Shown piece by piece: positions 49,187 through 59,384 of a stretch of DNA of 64,000 nucleotides. The notes beneath the pieces are model-generated. The model was not told the origin of the DNA, did not search any database, and saw nothing but the letters and a program-made list of their open reading frames with translations. A program made the translations under genes and the position numbers. Source of the stretch: a bacterium (GTDB lineage: Bacteria; UBA8248). The first letter of the stretch is position 1. The number at the start of each line of letters is the position of its first letter. Location: NCBI GenBank assembly GCA_965213625.1, contig CBDBZU010000004.1, positions 2,656,001 to 2,720,000 on the forward strand, read 5' to 3'.

Positions 49187-50335
49187 ATGAACGGGGGAGG
49201 TCACGAATTCAGAGGCGGAAGCCCCGTGCATTCCCGCAGATGGCGATGGGTTATCTGGTGCGTTTTCTTGCTGGGCGCCGGCCTCGCATGGCTGTTTGCA
49301 GAGCGTTATTTTGGTGGTGTGCATGATCCGAACGCCGTACCCCGCGTCGTCACACCGCGCGGCGACCTCGCCGCCGAGGAAAAATCCAACATAGAGCTTT
49401 TCCGTCTCTCCTCTCCGTCTGTCGTCTACATCACGAGGCTGGCGATGAGGCGCGACAGGTTCAGTCTCAACATGTTCGAGATTCCCCAGGGCACGGGCTC
49501 GGGTTTCGTCTGGAACCATCAGGGGCACATCATCACGAATTTTCACGTCGTCCAGGGAACGAGTTCCTTGCGCGTCACCCTGGCGGATCATTCCGAGTGG
49601 GACGCGCGCGTGGTGGGAGTATCGCCCGATCAGGATTTGGCGGTGTTGTTCATCAATGCGCCGAGAACCCGCTTGAAGCCGATCGCCATCGGCCAGTCCG
49701 ATAATCTGCAGGTGGGTCAGAGGGTGTTCGCCATAGGCAATCCCTTCGGGTTGGATCAGACGCTCACTACGGGGATCATCAGCGCGCTGGGGCGCGAGAT
49801 AGACGGCGTATCGGGCCGGAAGATCAGCGGCGTCATCCAGACCGACGCCGCTATAAATCCGGGCAATTCCGGGGGGCCTCTTCTGGACAGCGCCGGGCGG
49901 CTGATAGGTGTCAATACGGCCATTTTCAGTCCTTCCGGTTCCAACGCGGGTATTGGCTTTGCGGTTCCCGTGGATACCGTGAACAGGGTGGCGCCTCAAC
50001 TGATTCGCCACGGACGCGTCATCAGGCCGGGTCTCGGCATCCACGTGGCCGACAGGGGAACGGCGGAGCGCCTGGGAATACGAGGGGTGTTGATCCTTCG
50101 CGTGCAGAAAGGCAGCGCAGCTGAAACCGTAGGGTTGCGCGGCACGGGCAGAGGCCAGCGAGGCCGGCTCGTGCTGGGGGACGTAATCGTTGGCGTGGGA
50201 GGGAAATCCGTTGCCTCGCTCGATGAGTTGTTGGACGTGCTCGATGAACACAAGGTGGGCGACGTCGTGGAAGTCCACCTGATGCGCGACGGGAACAGGA
50301 TGAGCGTGAGCGTAAAACTTCAGGCCCTGAGCTAG
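49187..50335 (+). CDS. HtrA/DegP-like serine protease with one PDZ domain
   Basis: N-terminal TM, GSGF, TNFHV, DLAV, INPGNSGGP, C-terminal PDZ. Confidence 0.93.
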   Translation: MNGGGHEFRGGSPVHSRRWRWVIWCVFLLGAGLAWLFAERYFGGVHDPNAVPRVVTPRGDLAAEEKSNIELFRLSSPSVVYITRLAMRRDRFSLNMFEIPQGTGSGFVWNHQGHIITNFHVVQGTSSLRVTLADHSEWDARVVGVSPDQDLAVLFINAPRTRLKPIAIGQSDNLQVGQRVFAIGNPFGLDQTLTTGIISALGREIDGVSGRKISGVIQTDAAINPGNSGGPLLDSAGRLIGVNTAIFSPSGSNAGIGFAVPVDTVNRVAPQLIRHGRVIRPGLGIHVADRGTAERLGIRGVLILRVQKGSAAETVGLRGTGRGQRGRLVLGDVIVGVGGKSVASLDELLDVLDEHKVGDVVEVHLMRDGNRMSVSVKLQALS

Positions 50336-50344
50336 GGGTGTGCT

Positions 50345-52756
50345 ATGTCCATAAATTCAATCCCTGAAATGCTGGAAATTCCGGTCGAAGGCATGTCGTG
50401 CGCGGCGTGTTCCGCGAGGCTGGAAAAACGACTCGGTGCGCTCGACGGCGTTTTGCGCGCGAATGTGAACCTGGCGCTTGCGCGCGCGCAGGTGGAGTTC
50501 GTCCCCGCCTTGGTGACGCCTGCCGACATCACCAAAAGGGTGGAAAAAACCGGGTTCCGCGTTCCGCATTCTCACGTCGAGTTCACGATAGAAGGAATAG
50601 AGGCGGCGGCGGACGCCGCAGGCTTAAAGGAGCAATTGAGTGGCTTGGAGGGTGTCGTATCCGCCGGGGTGGACCTCTCGACGGGCCATGGTCGTGTCGA
50701 GTTCCAGCCCGCCCTCGTTCGCGCGGATGAGATTGTTGATTATGTGGCCAAGGCGGGGTATTCGACCCTTCCCGTGGTGGTAAAAGAGCAGGATGCGGAC
50801 AAAATAAAGAGGGAGCGCGAGTTCAGAAAAAGTGTGCGTCTGCTTGTGCTCTCAGTAGTTTTGTCCGCACCGCTACTCATACAGATGGCGGGTATGTTTC
50901 CGGGCGCTGGGAGCTGGGAATTGCCCAGGTGGTGGCAGTTTGCGCTCGCCACACCCGTGCAGTTCATCGTGGGCTGGCGGTTTTACCGGGGCGCGTATCA
51001 TTCGCTCATGGGCGGTGGAGCGAACATGGACGTTCTCGTTGCCCTGGGAACGAGTGCGGCCTGGCTGCACAGCAGCGTGGTGACCCTTTGGGGTTTGAGC
51101 GGGCATCACGTGTATTTCGAAGCGTCCGCGATCCTGATTACGCTCATCGTGCTCGGAAAAGTGCTCGAGGAGCGCGCCATGGGCAGAACCTCAGAAGCCA
51201 TAAAGAAACTCATGGGTCTTCAGGCGAAAACGGCGTGCGTGCTCCGTGACGGGGAGGAGCGCGAGGTTCCCGTGGATGAGGTTCGCGTGGACGACGTCGT
51301 GTTTGTGCGGCCCGGCGAAAAATACCCCGTAGACGGGATTATTTTGGAGGGCGCCACTTCCGTCGATGAATCCATGCTGACTGGCGAGAGCGTTCCCGTC
51401 GCAAAAGGGGAGGGGGACGCCGTCACAGGGGCCACGCTTAACATCGACGGGGCGGTGAAGTTCCGTGTCACCAAGGTGGGCAAGGAAACGGTGCTGGCCC
51501 AGATAATCCGCATGGTGGAGCAGGCGCAGGGCTCCAAGGCGCCGATTCAACGCACCGCGGACAGGGTTTCGGGCATTTTCGTACCCATCGTGCTGGGGAT
51601 CGCCCTCGTCACATACATTCTCTGGGACGCTGTGGGGCCCTTTACGCCCGCGCTGATAAACGCCGTCGCCGTTTTGGTCATCGCCTGCCCATGCGCCTTA
51701 GGATTAGCCACGCCAACGGCCATCATGGTGGGTACGGGAAAAGGGGCCGAGGCGGGCATTCTCATCAAGGGTGGCGAGTCCCTGGAAACGGCGCACAAGC
51801 TCGACGCTGTCATATTGGACAAAACGGGCACGCTGACCAGGGGAACGCCCGTTGTGACCGATATTTTGCCGCTAGATGGAATTACCGAAGAGGAATTGCT
51901 CAGGCTCGCGGCGAGTGCGGAACGCGGCTCGGAGCATCCTTTGGGTAAATCGATAGTGGATGAAGCAGGCGCGCGCGGCATGGAACTGCTTGAGATGCGT
52001 GATTTTCGCGCCTTCCCGGGGCATGGGCTGGAAGCGATAGTTGGCGGACGTAATATCTGCCTTGGTAACGAGAAGTTCATGGCCGAGCGTGGCGCGGATG
52101 CGCTTGGGTCTGCAGATGAGATACGAATTCTCGAATCGCAGGGGAAAACCGCAATCCTCGTCGCTGATGAGGGGGGTCTGCTTGGCGTTATAGGCGTCGC
52201 CGATACCCTGAGGGAACACTCGGCCGAAGCGGTTGCCGCTCTCCAGGGCATGGGGGTCGAGGTCTACATGATGACGGGTGACAACGAGCGCACCGCGCAA
52301 GCCATGGCGGAGCAGGCGGGTATTTCTCACGTGATGGCGGAGGTAATGCCGGATGAGAAGGCGGCCATGGTGCAAAGGCTCAAGCGAGAGGATAAAAAGG
52401 TAGGCATGGTGGGCGACGGCATCAACGACGCTCCGGCTTTGGCCGCAGCGGACGTGGGATTCGCCATCGGCACGGGCACGGACATCGCGATGGAGGCATC
52501 GGACATCACGCTGATGCAGGGCGATCTGTTGGGCGTCGTGGCGGGGGTTCATCTCTCGAAGACCGTGATGCGGAAAATCCGCCAGAACCTTTTCTGGGCG
52601 TTTTTCTACAACATTCTCGGCATCCCCCTGGCGGCGCTTGGATTTTTAAGCCCCATCGTCGCGGGGGCGGCCATGGCATTCAGTTCCGTATCCGTCGTGT
52701 CGAACACTTTATTGCTGCGAAACTGGAAGCCCGCTCGTTCGAAGAGTGTGGGCTAG
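50345..52756 (+). CDS. copA: Copper-translocating P1B-type ATPase
   Basis: [33 protein letters not shown] and MxxSS. Confidence 0.93.
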   Translation: MSINSIPEMLEIPVEGMSCAACSARLEKRLGALDGVLRANVNLALARAQVEFVPALVTPADITKRVEKTGFRVPHSHVEFTIEGIEAAADAAGLKEQLSGLEGVVSAGVDLSTGHGRVEFQPALVRADEIVDYVAKAGYSTLPVVVKEQDADKIKREREFRKSVRLLVLSVVLSAPLLIQMAGMFPGAGSWELPRWWQFALATPVQFIVGWRFYRGAYHSLMGGGANMDVLVALGTSAAWLHSSVVTLWGLSGHHVYFEASAILITLIVLGKVLEERAMGRTSEAIKKLMGLQAKTACVLRDGEEREVPVDEVRVDDVVFVRPGEKYPVDGIILEGATSVDESMLTGESVPVAKGEGDAVTGATLNIDGAVKFRVTKVGKETVLAQIIRMVEQAQGSKAPIQRTADRVSGIFVPIVLGIALVTYILWDAVGPFTPALINAVAVLVIACPCALGLATPTAIMVGTGKGAEAGILIKGGESLETAHKLDAVILDKTGTLTRGTPVVTDILPLDGITEEELLRLAASAERGSEHPLGKSIVDEAGARGMELLEMRDFRAFPGHGLEAIVGGRNICLGNEKFMAERGADALGSADEIRILESQGKTAILVADEGGLLGVIGVADTLREHSAEAVAALQGMGVEVYMMTGDNERTAQAMAEQAGISHVMAEVMPDEKAAMVQRLKREDKKVGMVGDGINDAPALAAADVGFAIGTGTDIAMEASDITLMQGDLLGVVAGVHLSKTVMRKIRQNLFWAFFYNILGIPLAALGFLSPIVAGAAMAFSSVSVVSNTLLLRNWKPARSKSVG

Positions 52757-52813
52757 GTTCCCGAATGTGGGTTTGCGTGTCTGACGGCTCGGGTTTACTT
52801 GGAGAGATTTGAT

Positions 52814-53020
52814 ATGGAAAATGTGGAAATCAACGTGGGTGGAATGAGTTGTGGGATGTGCCAATCTGCAGTTCAGGAGGCGCTGAGCGGAGTGGAGGGC
52901 GTGGCCGAGGCCTCTGTCGATCTGGAAGGAGGCAAAGCGGCGGTGGTTTTCGATGAGGGGACGACGAACATCGACGCCCTGCGCGCCGCCGTTGAAGATG
53001 CAGGATTTGATGTAGGATAA
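52814..53020 (+). CDS. copZ: Copper chaperone (HMA domain)
   Basis: GMSCGMC, AVEDAGF. Confidence 0.9.
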   Translation: MENVEINVGGMSCGMCQSAVQEALSGVEGVAEASVDLEGGKAAVVFDEGTTNIDALRAAVEDAGFDVG

Positions 53021-53129
53021 ATTGCTATATAACAGATAGTTATATCTTACATATTAAGTAAGTTCTCACTTCCTCTTGGCTCGCTCATGCTCCGTCTCAT
53101 CCACTCCCTGGATGAAACTTCTAAGCTTT

Positions 53130-53756
53130 TTATCTCGGTTGTCCGTCCTCGAAACTTCTTTCCAGAAATTCGCCGAGCGTGCACTGCCAAAAGCCGTTCA
53201 AGCGGCCGATGGGCTCGAGTTTCTTCATGTCGATGTATTTGCCCGTCATGACCTCCGGATTGACGTGGAAATAGACGACTTCTCCAATCAGGAGCGGGTG
53301 TTTGTTCGGTCCCAGTTCGAATACATTGTGTGTTTTGCACTCGAAGTGAATGGGCGCGTCCTTGATGCGGGGGGCCTTCACCTTCTTTGCGGGCACCGGT
53401 TCGAGACCGGTGGCGTCGAATTCGCTCTCTTCCGCTGGGATGCCGTTCGCCGTGTCCACCATTTGCTCCCAGTGGCGGTGGGTGACGACGTTGAAGCAGA
53501 ATTCCCCGGTTTCCTCCGCGTTGATGAGGGTGTGTTTTTTGGTCCCGTCGGGGTTTCTCGCCACAGTGAGCGAGATCATCGGCGGCGCCACGCAGACACA
53601 GGTGAAGAAGCTGAAGGGCGCGATGTTGTATATCCCGTCCTTACTGATGGACGACGCCCAGCCGATGGGGCGGGGGACGATGGAGCCCGTGAGCAGGCGG
53701 TAAATCTCACGCCTCTCGATCTCGTTGGGGTCGAATTCCAGGTAATCACTCATCAA
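53130..53756 (-). CDS. Flavin reductase-like family protein
   Basis: VPRPIGW, NIAPFSFF, FEC, GEV, PIGRL. Confidence 0.88.
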   Translation of the reverse strand: MMSDYLEFDPNEIERREIYRLLTGSIVPRPIGWASSISKDGIYNIAPFSFFTCVCVAPPMISLTVARNPDGTKKHTLINAEETGEFCFNVVTHRHWEQMVDTANGIPAEESEFDATGLEPVPAKKVKAPRIKDAPIHFECKTHNVFELGPNKHPLLIGEVVYFHVNPEVMTGKYIDMKKLEPIGRLNGFWQCTLGEFLERSFEDGQPR

Positions 53757-53800
53757 AAACCCTCAAGATGGCTGCAAATTTGTAATAATTATCTATCCAT

Positions 53801-54568
53801 CTACGACATGTAGCGTCCCGCGTTTACGGAGATGGTCTGGCCCGTGAGGTAGGCGGATTCAGGAGAGGCCAGCATGAGTACCCAGCCCACCATGTCGTCG
53901 ACTACGGCGATGCGGCCCAAGAGGGTCCCCTTGCCGATCATCTCACGCTGCTCTTTTGAGCGCACCGCGATGACGCGCTCGGTCTCCGTGGTTCCTGGCG
54001 CAATGGCGTTTACGCGCACGTTGTATTGCCCCAATTCGTAGGCGAGCACGCGGGTCAAAGCATGAACACCCGCCTTGGCCGCCGCATAAGGCGGAGAGGA
54101 GGGCTGGAGCGTGGTGATTCCCGACATGGAGCCCAAGTTGATCACGCAGCCGCTGTTTTGTTTTTCGAAAACGGGGGTCAGATGTTTCGAGGTCAGGAAG
54201 ACGCTTTTGAGGTTTCTGTCCACCACGGCGTCCCACTCGTCTTCCGACGTATCGCCCGTGGATAGCTGCTGATGAAACCCACCGGCGGAGTTGACGAAAA
54301 TGTCGATGCTGCCGGCTTCGCTCACGATGCGCTCAATCATCTGTTTGACGGCCACTGAATCCGTGAGGTCGCAGTCGATGAAGGTGGCGTCCCCCCCATT
54401 CTCGCGGATGCCGGCGGCGGCCGCCTCCCCGAGATCGACGTCGATGTCGATTAGATACGCCTTGGCACCCGCTTCGGCGAATTTCTCCGCCGACCCTTTG
54501 CCGATGCCGCGCGATGCACCTGTAACGACGGCGACCTGTCCGGAAAAATCAAAATTCGTCTTGCCCAT
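53801..54568 (-). CDS. SDR family oxidoreductase
   Basis: TGASRGIG, NSAG, YAAAK, VNAIAPG. Confidence 0.93.
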   Translation of the reverse strand: MGKTNFDFSGQVAVVTGASRGIGKGSAEKFAEAGAKAYLIDIDVDLGEAAAAGIRENGGDATFIDCDLTDSVAVKQMIERIVSEAGSIDIFVNSAGGFHQQLSTGDTSEDEWDAVVDRNLKSVFLTSKHLTPVFEKQNSGCVINLGSMSGITTLQPSSPPYAAAKAGVHALTRVLAYELGQYNVRVNAIAPGTTETERVIAVRSKEQREMIGKGTLLGRIAVVDDMVGWVLMLASPESAYLTGQTISVNAGRYMS

Positions 54569-54597
54569 GGAACATTCTCCTTAGGGATAATGGGTTT

Positions 54598-55407
54598 TCA
54601 GGTCTGTAGAAATTTCAACACGCGTTCGTTGAATACGTTTGGTTGTTCCCATTGGGCCATGTGTCCGGCGTCGGGAATGACCCCTAGTTCTGCATGGGGG
54701 GCGGCATTTTGGCAAGCGCTCCGGCGTACTTCGGGCGTGGGGTAGGCGATGACGTCGGCGTCTCCCCACAGCATCAGCAACGGCATGGAACACGCCGGAA
54801 GCAAATCGGGTAAATAGGGTTCGCGGTTCATGGCGTAGATGTTCATCCTCGAATTTTTGAGGTTTGTCCAGGCTTGGGAGAGATATGACTCATCCGCGCA
54901 TTCAGGTTTTTTGAACATCAGCGCTTTTTGGTTGTGAACGAACACCGCGTACTTCTCCTCAGGACTCATCTCCCTGGTGGCGCGGCGCTCATCGCCAAGT
55001 TTGACGTCGCCCGTTATCCCCAAGCCCCCTGGTCCCAGCAGAACGAGTTTTTTGAATCTCGAGGCGTTTTCCTGACAATACGTTACACTCATCGTCGCCC
55101 CGAAGGAAAAAGTCACGAACAGGCACTTCTCGATCCCTAGCCCATCGAGCAGACGCCCGATGCCCTCCGTGACGGAGGTTGCCGTGTGTGGTTTGGGCGG
55201 CCGGTAGCTTTCACCGAAAGCGGGGAGATCGATCGCCAATGTCCGGTAGTGCTCGGCGAAGAAAGCCTGGTTCTTGAGCCAGTGGTTCGCCGCCCCGAAG
55301 CCGCCATGTACGAGGAGGAGAGGTTCTTTGTCGGCAGGCCCTGCTTCAGTGTAGGCGAGCGGGCCGTCCGTAGTTTGCAGTGTTTTGGATATGAGCCGGG
55401 CCAACAA
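54598..55407 (-). CDS. Alpha/beta hydrolase
   Basis: VHGG, DLPAFGES, FSFG nucleophile elbow, WGDAD, AGH. Confidence 0.85.
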   Translation of the reverse strand: MLARLISKTLQTTDGPLAYTEAGPADKEPLLLVHGGFGAANHWLKNQAFFAEHYRTLAIDLPAFGESYRPPKPHTATSVTEGIGRLLDGLGIEKCLFVTFSFGATMSVTYCQENASRFKKLVLLGPGGLGITGDVKLGDERRATREMSPEEKYAVFVHNQKALMFKKPECADESYLSQAWTNLKNSRMNIYAMNREPYLPDLLPACSMPLLMLWGDADVIAYPTPEVRRSACQNAAPHAELGVIPDAGHMAQWEQPNVFNERVLKFLQT

Positions 55408-55575
55408 AAAGCATCCTCTGTAAGTTACGATTTGTTGGAGGCTATCACCTTTTGGGCGAAGCTGTGTAGCTGGTTCTGAGTTTACGTCCGCATGATTTAG
55501 TTTGCTCCGTATCCATGATATGGAAATTTAGTCGTTTACTATTGATACGTCGAATTTTTGGGGAGATGTGGACCG

Positions 55576-56214
55576 ATGAGCGATACCGATAGAGCGCCCG
55601 CCTGGGTGTATACGGTTCCCGTGGAGGAGGCGACGGGAATCGTCAAGCAAACCTATGACGCCAATCTCAAGGCGCTCGGATATATCGCCAATATCTCGCG
55701 CCCCTTTGGAAACCGGCCTGAGATTATGCGCGCGCACCGTCAGCTATACATGACCCTGATGCAGACGGAGGAGAATCTTACGAAAGCCGAGCGCGAGCTC
55801 ATCGCCACGTCGGTATCGAAGGAAAACGATTGTTTCTACTGAACGACCAGTCACGGGGAGTTTCTCCAACTGGCGTTGAACGATGATGATCGTGCAATGG
55901 CGCTTAAGAACGACCCCGAAAGTGCAGACCTCACGGTTCGTGAGCGGACGATGCTCGCCTTTGCTCGCAAGCTCACGAAATCACCTGCCGAAATGCGAAA
56001 ATCTGACGTGGAAAAACTGAGAGAGGCGGGGCTCGATGACGCCGCCATCGTCGAGTTGGCCTCTGTTACGGCATATTTCAATTTCATCAATCGCGTGGCG
56101 CTGGGTCTCGGCGTTCGACTGGATGAGGCGCTCGAGGAGGCGGCGGAGCCTCACGATTTCGCGAAAGAGGAATCGCGGCTCTCAGGCGCTTTGTGTTCTA
56201 GCGAGCGCCTTTGA
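55576..56214 (+). CDS. AhpD/CMD-like peroxidase-related protein, probable selenoprotein (C-F-Y-U)
   Basis: Two ORF-track ORFs in one frame separated by a single TGA (55840-55842) at the second position of CxxC: ERELIATSVSKENDCFY*TTSHG; C-terminal AYFNFINR; hairpin right after the TGA. Confidence 0.8.
55842..55877 (+). promoter_or_regulatory. Candidate bacterial SECIS-like stem-loop
   Basis: AACG/CGTT, CCAG/CTGG and GGAG-TTT-CTCC nested pairings immediately 3' of the UGA. Confidence 0.5.
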
Positions 56215-56359
56215 TGAGTTCGATGAACGTGTCGATAATGCCGTTGTCATAGAGTGTCCACGCCGTAACAACGACGACGAGCACGAGAACGCTCAGGAGC
56301 AGATATTCGAGCAGGCCGTGTTTGGCTGTGGCGGGTTTTCGGGTGGGTCTTTTCGCCAT
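56198..56359 (-). CDS. Small single-TM protein, weakly Flp-pilin-like
   Basis: Basic leader MAKRPTRKPATAK then HGLLEYLLLSVLVLVVVVTAW. Confidence 0.45.
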   Translation of the reverse strand: MAKRPTRKPATAKHGLLEYLLLSVLVLVVVVTAWTLYDNGIIDTFIELIKGAR

Positions 56360-56546
56360 GAGTTGATTTCTCGGCGTCTGCATGGAATACGGGACGAGTT
56401 TGTAGCTGAATTATAGACGCTATTCCCTGCCGGCGAAAGCCGAAATGAACGCGAGGAAAGTCTGATAGACATGGGGTGGGACATCCGTTTATGGTATACC
56501 CATCACGAGCCGTCTCATATTCGCATCGCGGGGTTTTATATCTCAT

Positions 56547-57125
56547 ATGGAATCTGCCAAACATAATTTCGGCGAAGTCGGAAAAATCGTGACGGAAGCG
56601 ATTGGGGTTGCAGGAAAGAGGATTTTTCGCATTCTGATCGATTGTCCGACAAAGGCGGCCGCCACGCTCTGGCTGGAGAAAGAACAGGTCTATGGCCTTT
56701 CTATGGCGATGAAAAAGATGGTGGAGGCGAAAGGGCAGGGTGAACGCTCGGACGAGGAGCCGGATTTTCCCGATATCGCCGAGGCCGGTTCCACCCCGGT
56801 GAGTTCTGAGGGGTTGCTCGAGTTCAAGGTGAGCCGCCTGGGGCTGGCGTATGGACCGGGGAAAAGCCGTGTCACGGTGTTTTTCTACGATGAGCGAGAT
56901 GAAACTGCCTCGGAGGGTGAGCCTTCAGAAGAAGAGGATTACGAAGAAGAGGCCGTCGGCCCCGCCGCTCTGCAGGTGAGCCTCGAACACGAACTGTTGG
57001 ATGATTTCATCAACCAAAGCCTGGAAGAATGCTCCTCTGGACGTGGGACGGATGCGCTTTCCCGTCACGCCATGGTGGCCACTGGCAAGGTCGACCCCAA
57101 TACGAACGGGCATTTTCGTCATTAA
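56547..57125 (+). CDS. DUF3090 family protein
   Basis: AIGVAGKRIFR, LWLEKEQ, EFKVSRLGLAY, terminal NGH. Confidence 0.7.
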   Translation: MESAKHNFGEVGKIVTEAIGVAGKRIFRILIDCPTKAAATLWLEKEQVYGLSMAMKKMVEAKGQGERSDEEPDFPDIAEAGSTPVSSEGLLEFKVSRLGLAYGPGKSRVTVFFYDERDETASEGEPSEEEDYEEEAVGPAALQVSLEHELLDDFINQSLEECSSGRGTDALSRHAMVATGKVDPNTNGHFRH

Positions 57126-57160
57126 AAAACCGCCCCAAACTTACGCGACAGGGAAATCCC

Positions 57161-57946
57161 GTGGCCCGGAAATCCTCTCCTCCTGAAGCCCAGGAAACGG
57201 TGGATGCGCCCGAAGCGCAAGCGTACCGTTTCGAACCGGCGGAAATCGAAAATCTTTTACTTAACTCGGAAATCCTGGGCGGCGAGCTGGTGCCGCAAGG
57301 CTCGAACTATACGTTCGCCGTGAAGATGGGTGCGGAGGACTTTCAGTTCTGGGGAATTTACAAGCCCGCGAGCGGGGAGCGGCCCCTTTGGGATTTTCCT
57401 TATGGGACGCTTCATTTCCGGGAAAGGTGCTCTTTCTTGGTGAGCCATCATCTGGGATGGCATCTGGTTCCGCCGACTGTAATCCGCGAAGGCCCGCACG
57501 GCGAGGGTTCCATGCAGTTATGCGTGCCCTATGACGGGAAGTCGAACTATTTCACGCTTCGGGCGGAGGAGCGCCCGGAACTGGTTCTGCTTGCTGCGTT
57601 CGATATTATGGTGAACAACACGGATCGCAAGGGAGGCCATTGCTTCAAATCCGAAGACGGCCGCGTCTGGGGAATCGATCACGGCCTCACGTTTCATGCC
57701 GAGCCCAAACTGCGCACCGTTATTTGGGACTATGCGGGAGTTTCCCTGCCCGAGGCGCAGGTGAACGACGTCAAAAGGCTGGAAGCCAGCCTGCGTGATG
57801 ACGACAGTCCTTTAAGGCTTGAGATGGACGAGCTTTTAGAGCCCGAAGAGGTAGAAATTTTTCTGGATAGGGTGATTCGATTCAGAAAGAACCCTTGCCT
57901 GCCGACGCCGGAAGAATACAGAAGTCGGCACTGGCATGTCGATTAA
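57161..57946 (+). CDS. SCO1664 family protein (PI3/4-kinase-like fold)
   Basis: SNYTF, YKPASGERPLWDFP, GPHGEGS, NNTDRKGGH, IDHGLTFH, KLRTVIW. Confidence 0.88.
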   Translation: MARKSSPPEAQETVDAPEAQAYRFEPAEIENLLLNSEILGGELVPQGSNYTFAVKMGAEDFQFWGIYKPASGERPLWDFPYGTLHFRERCSFLVSHHLGWHLVPPTVIREGPHGEGSMQLCVPYDGKSNYFTLRAEERPELVLLAAFDIMVNNTDRKGGHCFKSEDGRVWGIDHGLTFHAEPKLRTVIWDYAGVSLPEAQVNDVKRLEASLRDDDSPLRLEMDELLEPEEVEIFLDRVIRFRKNPCLPTPEEYRSRHWHVD

Positions 57947-57988
57947 TTCAGAAAACGCCCAGTAAAATCGTGAAACACTGAGGGACAG

Positions 57989-59308
57989 GTGATGAGCGGT
58001 AAATTAAGCCTGACGGGGAATTGGCCGTCAATTTATCTTTTCACTCTCATCCTCTGCGCGGGCCTAGTCGGGTGTCAAGAGATTATACGCGTGCGCAGAA
58101 TACCGCCGCGCGATGTAATGAACGAAAAGCGATGGTACGTTCACGACAACCCCGATCATCCTCAATCGAAGGTATATCTGGCGGAACTCGATGAGTTCGA
58201 TTTTGAAAGGGCGACCCGAAAGCATACGGCCCACGCGTATAAGGAGTATCTGGAATATCATTATACTGGTAAATACTTCCGCCGGGCGCGCTATTGGTGG
58301 GAGCGGCTTCATTATCGGGAAGTTCTCGAATCGAAAGAGCCCGGCGCCCTCGAAAAGTACCTGAAGGGTTTTCCCGAAGGCTGGTTCGAAAAGTCAACAG
58401 ACGTAGACATCCAAAAGAGTGAATACGCAGCCCTGAAGGAAAAAGACGATATTGCGTCCTACAGGGCGTTCATTAATAAATATAAAAAGGCGCGGAGCGA
58501 GTGGACCGAAGCGGCGACCCAGCGCCTCGAACGACTCCTGCTTGATGCGGCGAAAGCCTCGGACGATGTTCTCGATCTGGAAAGATACGTCTTCGACAAT
58601 CCTCTGAGCTTATATCTTCCTGAGGCGAAGGACGCTTTGCGCGCGGCGAGATTCGAGGGAGCAATGCGATCCAAGAAAGAGGCGGACTGGAAGGCCTTCA
58701 TCCGTAGATTCAAAGGTTCGGAAGAGGCTGCTCTTATGCAGCAGCACATGGAGGCGCGGGCGCTGGAAGGGGCCGAGCGTTCGGGCCGCGTCGCAGCGCT
58801 CGAACAATTTCTTGAGCGCTATCCCAATTCGGTTCACAAGGAGCAAATCCTCTCCTCCATCAACACGATGGCGCAGGAGAGAAATCGCCAAGTCCACCGG
58901 TGGGTGCGCGTGGAGAACGCCGAAGTCGAGGTGTACAAGAAACCAAAGTGTAAATCCTGCAGGCCCTATCTGCGCGCTCACGGCACGCTGCTCAACACGG
59001 ATCCTGATTTTTCCTTCGACGTGGGGCTACAGGTCGAACTCATCCGGAACGGAGAAAAATGCTGCCGGACAAGGCACTGGCTCAGAGATTTGAGACCCGG
59101 GGAGAGTCGTCCGTTTTCATTCCCCATACGCGGAGAATCACCCAAAAGGGGTAGTCCCGCTCCATTGTATGAACTCGAAGTGATATCCGGCTCCGCGTAT
59201 CGGAACCCGAAGGAGGAGCGAATCATGGAAATCGAAGGTTTGGGTGGGAGAGGCAAGGGACCCCAAAGCGATCGATTCGCGCCTGTCAGAGTTCCTGATT
59301 TGAAATAG
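57989..59308 (+). CDS. Hypothetical lipoprotein with six helical repeats and a Cys-containing C-terminal domain
   Basis: Lipobox LVGC; repeats of type (A/S/D)xxx(Y/F)(L/I)xx(Y/F)Pxx; CKSC and CC near the C-terminus. Confidence 0.7.
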   Translation: MMSGKLSLTGNWPSIYLFTLILCAGLVGCQEIIRVRRIPPRDVMNEKRWYVHDNPDHPQSKVYLAELDEFDFERATRKHTAHAYKEYLEYHYTGKYFRRARYWWERLHYREVLESKEPGALEKYLKGFPEGWFEKSTDVDIQKSEYAALKEKDDIASYRAFINKYKKARSEWTEAATQRLERLLLDAAKASDDVLDLERYVFDNPLSLYLPEAKDALRAARFEGAMRSKKEADWKAFIRRFKGSEEAALMQQHMEARALEGAERSGRVAALEQFLERYPNSVHKEQILSSINTMAQERNRQVHRWVRVENAEVEVYKKPKCKSCRPYLRAHGTLLNTDPDFSFDVGLQVELIRNGEKCCRTRHWLRDLRPGESRPFSFPIRGESPKRGSPAPLYELEVISGSAYRNPKEERIMEIEGLGGRGKGPQSDRFAPVRVPDLK

Positions 59309-59384
59309 AAATCTTTATATATCTAATTGTTACAAGATTAAATTGAAGTAAAATAGAGGATAATGCCTCTATTCTCAGAGGTTG

